64,000 nucleotides of DNA from a virus: the IMG/VR virus record IMGVR_UViG_3300048999_000192, positions 1-64,000 of that record. The stretch is one strand, 5' to 3'. Each line of letters begins with the position of its first letter. Position 1 is the stretch's first letter. Under the pieces are notes generated by a model, which was not told where the DNA came from, did not search any database, and saw only the letters and a program-made list of their open reading frames with translations. A program made the position numbers and the translations under genes. Positions 43,704 to 51,800 of this stretch are shown here, one piece after another.

Positions 43704-44322
43704 GCTCCTGCCGCAGAGCGTCGCTCAGGTGCGGATCGGCAAGCACGTCTACCCGGTGAGATCGGTGCCGACCTGCACTGTCTGCCAGAGCCCGCACCGC
43801 TACTCGATCGAGCGCGAGCTGATGTACGGCAGTACCTACAAGGCCGTGCACACCTCCATGGAGGCGCTCGACCCGCCGCCGCCGACGGCCGAGGCCATGG
43901 CCCGCCACGTGGTGAACAACCACATGCCGCTCCAGCAGACCTCCCAGCGCCTCATGATCGAGCGCCGGGCCGTGGAGATGGGCAAGAGCATCGAGGAGGG
44001 CGCAGAGAGCCTCCTGGACGCCGCCGGGGTCAACTCCGCGATCATCGAGCGTGGCTTCCGCCGCCTGCAGGACGGCGACATCGAGCCCAACATGAACGAC
44101 CTCCTGCAGGCGCTGAAGCTCCAGGCCCAGATCGACGCCGCCACCCCGTCCGGCTCGGTCGACAACGAGGTCTGGATGGAGGCGATGATGGAGGCGATGA
44201 AGATCGCCCAGAAGATCATGCCGCCAGAGATGTGGGGTCGGTTCGGGGCGGAGCTCGCCGCCTCCCCGGTGGTGAAGGCGATCCAGGGGCACACCGTCCC
44301 CGGCGAGGTGGCCGAGGGATGA
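43684..44322 (+). CDS. hypothetical protein, candidate terminase small subunit
   Basis: CTVC..PHRYSIE...ARHVVNNH N-terminal motif plus helices; near large terminase (inference). Confidence 0.5.
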   Translation: MTQPSRELLPQSVAQVRIGKHVYPVRSVPTCTVCQSPHRYSIERELMYGSTYKAVHTSMEALDPPPPTAEAMARHVVNNHMPLQQTSQRLMIERRAVEMGKSIEEGAESLLDAAGVNSAIIERGFRRLQDGDIEPNMNDLLQALKLQAQIDAATPSGSVDNEVWMEAMMEAMKIAQKIMPPEMWGRFGAELAASPVVKAIQGHTVPGEVAEG

Positions 44323-44324
44323 CA

Positions 44325-44395
44325 TCATTTTATTTTCTTCCTACATCTTGTCCTACTCCAAAGAAGCTTGGTAGTCTGAGGGCTCCAAACGCCAC
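44325..44395 (+). promoter_or_regulatory. phage promoter variant
   Basis: AT tract, TTGTCC-18 bp (TACTCCAAAGAAGCTTGG)-TAGTCT, GCCAC. Confidence 0.6.
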
Positions 44396-44407
44396 TGGAG
44401 GTGGAAG

Positions 44408-45448
44408 ATGTTCCTTCGCGAGATGAGCGGCGACACCCTCGAAGACGTCGCCAACAAGCTCGGGCGTGACCTGCGGTCCTGGACCGGCCCGGCGATGGAC
44501 GTGGAGCCGCACCTGGAGGAGCCCGAGCCGTACTTCGTCCTGGGCGACGACCGGGTGCAGGTGCCCGCCACGACCGCCACGGTCAAGCAGTTCGCCAGCT
44601 TCGTCGGCCTGCCGCCCAAGACCGCCCTGGAGTTCCGCGACAAGGGCGCGGATCTGCAGCAGCTCGCCTTCAAGACCTACCTGGACCACATCCCGCACGA
44701 GGTGACCGTCCGCTTCGACGACGCTGGTGTCCACGAGATGTGGAAGGCCTCGCTCCAGCGGGTGCCGGTCGATGAGCTCGTGCAGGTGGCCATCGACGTC
44801 ATCGCGCCGAACGCGCCGGTGGTGGAGTGGTCGGCCGACGCCGAGGAGTTCTACCTGGACGTCGTCGCCCCCGCCGACCATGACTTCGGCCGCGTCGGCG
44901 GCCCCGGCGCCGTCGGCGACATCACCGCCGGTGGGATCGTCATCACCCAGAACCGCAAGGCCAACCAGGCCCCGCAGGTGAACACCAAGCTCTTCCGCCT
45001 GGCGTGCACCAACGGGTACGAGAGCGCCTCCTCCGGCCGCAAGGTCGACTCCCGGGGCGCGTCGGTCGAGGAGATCCTGGCCGAGCTCAACCGGATGGCC
45101 AACCAGGCCTTCGCCGAGGTCGAGGCGCAGGCGCACAGCTTCTACGAGACCCGCAACGAGGCGATCGTGGGTGACCCCACGCAGGCGATGATCCGCCTGG
45201 CCGACGAGTACGGCCTGCCGGAGCGCACGTCCGGCGCGCTGGCCCGCCTGGTGCCGGACGTGATCAGCGGTCTCGACGATGGTGAGTCGCTGAGCATGTT
45301 CCACTTCATCAACGAGATCACCAACTACGCCAACCAGGGCAACCTGATCGAGCACCGCAACGTCCGCCGGGCGCTGTACCGCGCCGGTGGCTCCCTGATC
45401 AGCGAGCACCACGAGCGCTGCGGCACCTGCCGCCAGCGCCTGAGCTGA
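44408..45448 (+). CDS. DUF932-like protein
   Basis: VGDITAGGIVITQN...LFRLACTNG signature. Confidence 0.75.
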   Translation: MFLREMSGDTLEDVANKLGRDLRSWTGPAMDVEPHLEEPEPYFVLGDDRVQVPATTATVKQFASFVGLPPKTALEFRDKGADLQQLAFKTYLDHIPHEVTVRFDDAGVHEMWKASLQRVPVDELVQVAIDVIAPNAPVVEWSADAEEFYLDVVAPADHDFGRVGGPGAVGDITAGGIVITQNRKANQAPQVNTKLFRLACTNGYESASSGRKVDSRGASVEEILAELNRMANQAFAEVEAQAHSFYETRNEAIVGDPTQAMIRLADEYGLPERTSGALARLVPDVISGLDDGESLSMFHFINEITNYANQGNLIEHRNVRRALYRAGGSLISEHHERCGTCRQRLS

Positions 45449-45509
45449 GCAACGACGAGACAGCGGGGCCGGGCCGACACCCGGCCCCGTCTGCATGAGA
45501 GGAAGTGCC

Positions 45510-45935
45510 ATGGGCGTCGACACCAGCATCGAGCTCTACGACTCGGATCTGCTCGTCATCGAGGCGGTCCTGATGATGCTGAATGAGAAGGTCGGCACAC
45601 GCCGGAACATCCAGGCCTTCCACGACGAGATCATCGGCCGGTTCGCCGAGGGAGTCGACGGCGTCGGCTTCCGCGTCTCGGTCACCTGGCATGAGTACGC
45701 CGTCGGCGGCCAGAAGGTCGATGGCGCGATGCCCGAGATCATGATCCTCGGTCGGATCGAGGAGGAGACAGAGTTCGACCGCGAGCGCCAGCAGGCGCAG
45801 GTGGTCGGCAACATCCTGGAGCTGCCCGGCCAGACCAAGGGCGAGACGCTCAAGATGGACAATGAGCAGGTCAAGCAGTTCATGGAGCAGCACAAGCAGA
45901 CACACGGCAGTGGCTGCGGTCCCGACGAGGAGTAG
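45510..45935 (+). CDS. hypothetical protein
   Basis: GAGG RBS. Confidence 0.75.
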   Translation: MGVDTSIELYDSDLLVIEAVLMMLNEKVGTRRNIQAFHDEIIGRFAEGVDGVGFRVSVTWHEYAVGGQKVDGAMPEIMILGRIEEETEFDRERQQAQVVGNILELPGQTKGETLKMDNEQVKQFMEQHKQTHGSGCGPDEE

Positions 45936-45938
45936 GGA

Positions 45939-48038
45939 ATGGCCCTAGCTTCCCGATCTCCCCTGGTCCAGTCCGCGACCACAAAGCGGCGTAGCAAGCT
46001 GCCCCCGGCCGGGCCGGTAGAGGTCTTCCAGTGGTTCCACGGGGTGCAGGTCCCCGACCCGATCACCTTCGTGGTCGGGGAGCAGTGGCTGAACAGGCCG
46101 AATCTGTACCCGCGCCAGGCCACCATGCTCAAGATCATCTTCCTGCGGGATGACCTGTTCACCGCCTATGACCATGCCGTCATCCAGGAGTGGATCGAGG
46201 AGTTCGACCCCAAGACCAACCCCGAGGGCATCCAGCCGGACGTCTACGAGCGCATCACCCAGCTCAAGGCCGAGGGGCGGCGGTGGTTTCGCGAGGTGCT
46301 GCTGGCCGTCGGCCGACGCGGTGGCAAGGGCTACATCTCCGCGCTGGCCATGGCCTACATCCTGTGGTGCTACATGGCCAAGGGCGACCCCCAGGACTAC
46401 TACGGGATCGACCGGGACAAGAAGCTCACCCTGCTGGTGTTCGCGGGCAAGCGGACCCAGGCCAAGGAGAACCTCTGGCGCGACGTCTACAACGTGATCA
46501 CCGGCGGCCCCTGCTTCGGCCCGTACATCAACAACGCCACCACCGAGAACCTGACGATCTACGCCCCGCACGACTTCGTCCGGATCAAGGAGCTGGAGGA
46601 CCGGGGGATCTCGCCAGCGATCGACATGGCGACCTTCCAGGTGCTCCCCCGCGAGTCGACCAGCCTGGCCGGTCGAGGCCCGGCCTCCTTCATTCTCGGC
46701 TTCGACGAGATGGCCCACGTGGTCAAGGCCGTTGCCAAGGCCGACGCCGGGGAGGTCTACGACGGCGCGACACCCAGCCTGGACCAGTTCCGGCAGGACA
46801 GCTTCATCGTGGCCCCCAGCTCGACCTGGCAGATGCTGGGCAAGTTCTACGAGCTCTGGGAGCTCTCGCTGGAGACCGATGACGAGACCGGCGAGGCGCT
46901 GTACCCGGAGAAGCTGATGATCCAGCTCTCCTCCTGGGGCCCGTACATGGACTGGGAGGACGCCCACCGGATCCCGTTGTTCCCCGCCGACTTCCAGGGG
47001 GACCAGGGGGAGTACGTCGAGGTCAAGCACCCCACTCTCAAGCAGCTCAAGGGGCCGGTGCAGGCCTACGACGCCCAGATGCGCCGGGAGGAGCGGGCCA
47101 ACCCTGACACCTTCCGGGTCGAGCGTCTCTCGCGCTGGGCGACCGCGCTGGACGCCTACCTGAACGAGCGCAAGGTGGACGCGATCTTCGACCCCTGGCT
47201 GGGGCGGCCGGAGGAGTACGGGCGTGCCGACCTGCGCATGCAGTCCAAGGGCCTGCTGGTCACCACGTACAAGGCCCATGGGGACCCGGCGGAGGTCAAC
47301 TGCAGGTTCGGTTTCGCGGTCGCGCACGAGGAGATCGTCTGGACCAAGGACGAGAAGAATCGCGACGTCCCGGTGGCGCATGCGGTCTTCGACCTGATCC
47401 ACCACTGGGACCCGGCGGACTTCCCGGATCACACGATCGACTATGACGAAGTGCTGGACTGGATCTGGGACAAGGTCGTCACCAAGTTCCACCCCGAAGA
47501 GCTGACGTTCGACCAGTTCAACAACGTCGCCACGATCCAGCGGCTGCAGAAGAGGGTGCGCGGCACCCGGCTGCCCAAGCGGGTCAGCGTCGAGGAGAAG
47601 ACGGCCACGGCCCAGCTCAACTGGACCCGCTTCGAGCAGTTCAAGGCCGCCATCAACATGGGGCTCGTGCACGCCCCGCAGTACGACTTCGCCCAGCAGG
47701 AGCTGAAGTTCCTCACTAAGCCGGACGGCACCAACCGGGTCGACCATCCGACCAGCGGTCCGGTCCAGACGAAGGACATCGCCGACTGTATGGTGGAATG
47801 CGTACATGTCCTACTCGGGGAGCAGATGAACAACTTCCTGAACAAGGACCTGCGCGGCTTCGGCCTGCCGGGCAGCATCCCCGGCGGCGTCGACCCGATG
47901 CGGCACATGGACGGCGGCGAGCACCGGACACCCCAGGAGGCACTCTCGGGGTTCTCCCGGGCGCGAGGTGGCGGGAGGCCCCAGGGTGGCGGCTACAACC
48001 GCCCGCGCGGCCCAGGCCGCCGGGGCGGAAGGTACTGA
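45939..48038 (+). CDS. terminase large subunit
   Basis: LYPRQ, VGRRGGKG Walker A, LGFDEMAH Walker B, HGDPA, TFDQFN, VDHP...KDIADC nuclease motifs. Confidence 0.9.
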   Translation: MALASRSPLVQSATTKRRSKLPPAGPVEVFQWFHGVQVPDPITFVVGEQWLNRPNLYPRQATMLKIIFLRDDLFTAYDHAVIQEWIEEFDPKTNPEGIQPDVYERITQLKAEGRRWFREVLLAVGRRGGKGYISALAMAYILWCYMAKGDPQDYYGIDRDKKLTLLVFAGKRTQAKENLWRDVYNVITGGPCFGPYINNATTENLTIYAPHDFVRIKELEDRGISPAIDMATFQVLPRESTSLAGRGPASFILGFDEMAHVVKAVAKADAGEVYDGATPSLDQFRQDSFIVAPSSTWQMLGKFYELWELSLETDDETGEALYPEKLMIQLSSWGPYMDWEDAHRIPLFPADFQGDQGEYVEVKHPTLKQLKGPVQAYDAQMRREERANPDTFRVERLSRWATALDAYLNERKVDAIFDPWLGRPEEYGRADLRMQSKGLLVTTYKAHGDPAEVNCRFGFAVAHEEIVWTKDEKNRDVPVAHAVFDLIHHWDPADFPDHTIDYDEVLDWIWDKVVTKFHPEELTFDQFNNVATIQRLQKRVRGTRLPKRVSVEEKTATAQLNWTRFEQFKAAINMGLVHAPQYDFAQQELKFLTKPDGTNRVDHPTSGPVQTKDIADCMVECVHVLLGEQMNNFLNKDLRGFGLPGSIPGGVDPMRHMDGGEHRTPQEALSGFSRARGGGRPQGGGYNRPRGPGRRGGRY

Positions 48039-48222
48039 CTGTCGCGATGGTTGTTTCGAGGGCGGCGGTCTGGCATGGTAATCGGGTCGTCAGCGGTGGG
48101 TGAGCCGGGTCTCTGGCGGGACCTCTCAGGCCCCGAGATGGCCTCTCAGCGGTCCCGTCGGCTCAGGCGACTCCAATCCGGCGGGACCGCCTTCCTTGGC
48201 ATCGAGCTCAACGGCTGGCGAC

Positions 48223-48438
48223 GTGACCTCTGACAACCGCCCTGCGTGGGAGTACCTCTGCGACCTGTGCGGTCACTCCCACCCGCTCCACCGGAACGGC
48301 ACTTCCCGGTGCAGGGCCATGGGGTGCAAGGCAGGCCCGAACGAAACTCCCTGTCCCGGCTTCATCGTGAAACCCGACGAGATAGGTGAACCCAATGCCC
48401 GTACGGCTTCCGGTCGGCGGACCCCGCGCTCTAGCTGA
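48223..48438 (+). CDS. small Cys/His Zn-binding protein
   Basis: CDLCGH...H....CRAMGC...CPGF. Confidence 0.55.
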   Translation: MTSDNRPAWEYLCDLCGHSHPLHRNGTSRCRAMGCKAGPNETPCPGFIVKPDEIGEPNARTASGRRTPRSS

Positions 48439-48653
48439 GCACCTGGCCGATACCGAGCTCCCGGACCTGCGCCCGGCGGACATCGAGAATGACATCCGCC
48501 GCCACCCGCGCATCTACTACGTGGACTACGCGGCCCTGTGCGCCACGAAGAAGACCGAGCCCCTCTCGGTGGGCGTCTGGGTCGACCTCTGCATCGGCTG
48601 AGCTGTCAGCGGCTCTCCTGCGGCGCTGAAGAGGTGAACCAGGGGAGGTCCAG

Positions 48654-48809
48654 GTGGCGATCGTGCGCAAGGTGCGGGTCCGGGCACCGCGAGGCAAGGA
48701 GCCGTGTGCCGACTGCGCGGCCGACGGCTGCGAGACGTGCGACAAGACCGGCTTCCTCCCGGCCGGGTCGGCCCCGGCACGACGACGCTCCTGGAGGGCG
48801 GCTCGGTGA
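48654..48809 (+). CDS. small DnaJ-type Zn-finger-like protein
   Basis: Not in ORF track; GGGGAGG RBS; CADC...CETCDKTG; GTGA overlap with next gene. Confidence 0.55.
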   Translation: MAIVRKVRVRAPRGKEPCADCAADGCETCDKTGFLPAGSAPARRRSWRAAR

Positions 48810-51800
48810 GCGACTTCGACTTCTCCCACGAGGAGATCAACACCGGAGGGACGAAGTACCCGACGAGGGTGCATCTGCGCGCCCACCACCCGGACGGCTC
48901 GGACGCCGGGTCGATGCACTACTTCCCGCCCAAGCGCAAGGGCAGCCCCGTCACGGTGGACACCCTGCCTCACGGTGACGACCGCGCCCGGGGAGCCGGG
49001 TCGGCCTTGCTGGATGAGATGGAGCGCCGCCACCCGGGCTCCCGCGTCGTCTACATGGACGAGCTCCACGAGAAGAACAAGCCGAAGCCGGGCGATCCGA
49101 ACTTCAACGCCAACCGCGACTACGGCCTGCCGACCGACTGGGAGCACCACTTCCCCAAGCTCCCCGGCCAGATCCACCGGGGGATGGGCGTCCGGCTGGA
49201 CAAGTACACCGCCGGGGACATCAACAGCGGGGACATGCCCTCGGGCGACCAGGCCAAGATCCTGCGCGGCGCGATCGAGAACGGCGGCCCCGGCGGCATG
49301 CACTGGTCGGCGGACGAGTCCAAGTCCCACCAGTTCGCTCACCGGAACGTCATCGACCCCCGTACGGACATCCCCGTGGTGCTGCACGCCCGTACGCCAG
49401 GGCTCAAGGACGTCGAGACGCGTCCTGACGTGCTGCGGAACAAGGGCGTCTGGCCGCACGACCACATCTCCGGCGACGCTGAGGTGCCGATCCGCAAGAA
49501 GCGGCCCGTCCACATCACCGGGATCTCCTGGCTCCCCGACGCCGACCACCCGGAGGCGGACGAGCACGGGTGGGTGCACCACACCTTCGCCGAGCCGCTG
49601 GTGCACAACGCGTCCCAGGGCTTGGCTCCAAGGATTCTGGGGAATACACTGGGTGAAAGCCACGAAAGGGGCCGTAATGAGCACCGAGCAGGGCGGGGGA
49701 AGCCTCGTCATCGTGTCCAGCCGGGAGCTGGCGACGATTCTGGCCGAGCGGGAGAGCTCGGGGGAGACGCCGGTGACGTGGGAGCAGGTCAAGCAGCAGA
49801 ACGGCCTGTGACCTTCCACCCTCAGGCGGCCAAGGAGTTCGGCAAGCTCGACGGGCAGACCAAGCGCCAGGTCCAGAAGACGATCGACGCGCTGTCCACC
49901 GGCCAGCCGACCCAGACCCACTACCTGGACGCCCCGCTGAAGGGCTGGCAGGGCACCAAGGCCTCGCGCGGCCACCGGATCGTCCACAAGGACACCGACG
50001 ACGGGGGCCTGCACATCGGCTACGTCGGCCTGCACGACTACGAGAAGGCCGAGCGCCGCCTGGGTGCCCGCGAGCCCTTCGAGTTCGAGTACGCCCGCAA
50101 CACGATCCCGGCCCCAAAGATGCCGGGCGACGTGTACGGCCAGGACATCGAGCCCCACGGCCGGTATATGACCGTGCGCTCCCAGCCGGGCAACTACGTC
50201 GACAACGAGCGCATGAAGTGGGAGTTCGGCCAGCACCGCTTCGAGAACCCGCTGCACCTGGACGCCGAGGGCTGGAAGCAGCACCTCTCCGACATGCACG
50301 GCGGCAAGACCGGCCGGGAGCTCTCGCAGGCCGTACGGGACGCCGGGCACGACGGCATCGTCACGCATGAGACCTGGCGCGGCCAGCGCACGCCTGGCGA
50401 GATCGTCGACCTGACCGGCTTCAAGCGGCGCAGCAGGCTGGCGCGTACGGCGGCCGACGATGATGACGACTACCGCATGCAGCACCGGCCGCCGGATGCC
50501 GACTTCGGGGCTCCGCATCACGATCTGACCCAGATCCTGCCGGACGACGTCTACACCCACCCGCAGTACTACGACCCGAACGGTCAGGGCGGTGACTGGC
50601 ACGACCGGAAGACGTTCCAGGACTCTTACCACCAGATCCAGCGGACGCGGGACAAGCCGGAAGCTAAGGTCAAGATCTACCGATCCCTCCCGGCCGAGTA
50701 CGCCCATCAGGGCTTCCGTCCCGGCGACTGGGTGAGCACCTCTCGCGACTATGCGATCGGGCACGGCAAGCACCACGCCGACTCCAAGCACGACTGGCCG
50801 GTCATCTCCACCTCGGTACCGGCCAAGCACCTGCAGACCAGCGGTGACGACCTGCGCGAGTGGGGCTACACCGGCCCGCACAAGGAGTGGCCCGCCGTCT
50901 CGCACAAGGGCGGCTATCACCAGGAGATCCGCCAGCGTGCCGACGGCACCATCGCGCCGGTGAAGCGCCGTGCGCCCAAGGAGGCCGCCGACCGGGCGCT
51001 GTTCACCGAGAAGCAGCCGGAGGACATGCGCAACCAGGGCGGCACCGACTGGGACCGCGTTCACCCCACCCTGCCGCCGACTGTGCACCGGGGCGCAGGC
51101 TTCCTGCTCTCGCCCAAGGACCACGCCTACGTCCATGACGCCTCGATCCCGGCGGCCGACCGCGCGCACCACCTGATCGGCCTGATGAAGGGCAAGGCCT
51201 ACTCCGGCGGCATCGGCAAGCACTGGAGTACCGACCCGTGGGTGGCGCATCACTTCGCGGCCAATGAGGCCGGGCGCAACAGCGACGCCTACGAGACCGA
51301 AGCGCCGGACTACAAGTGGGGCACCGACGATGACGGTGACCCGAAGTGGCGGCCCGCCACGATGGTCATGCTGCACGCCAAGACCCCGGCTCGTGCCGAC
51401 CTGGACGAGACCCACCACGACGTCTGGGGACGCGGCGTCGACTACGAGACCCACCACGAGAAGGAAACGCCGGTCATCGCCGGGCGGCCGGTCCACGTCA
51501 CCGGCATGTCCTGGGGTACCGAGGATGATCCCGCGCCGGATGATGACGGCGAGCCCCAGACGCTCTGGCAGCACCACGAGGACGACTACGACGGCCCGGC
51601 GGACCCGCCGCAGCACGCCTACCCGCATCGCCACACCTTCCCTGGCGGGCAGGCCCACACCGCGACCTGGGAGGACGAGACGTACGCGGGCTGGGAGCCG
51701 CACCAGCGCGCGGTCTCTGAGGCCCAGGAGGCCGTACGGGCCGAGCACCCGTACCTGACCGCGCCGCTGCCGGACTCCATGAGCGAGCGGGACGAGGAGC

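Noticed and set aside
29252-48038. Inteins or introns in DnaB, DnaE, RecA or terminase
   Set aside because: No C/S...HN splice motifs or LAGLIDADG blocks seen; core motif spacing is normal
47960-48038. RGG-like tail on the terminase
   Set aside because: Short, and could be a GC-driven disordered extension; no further support
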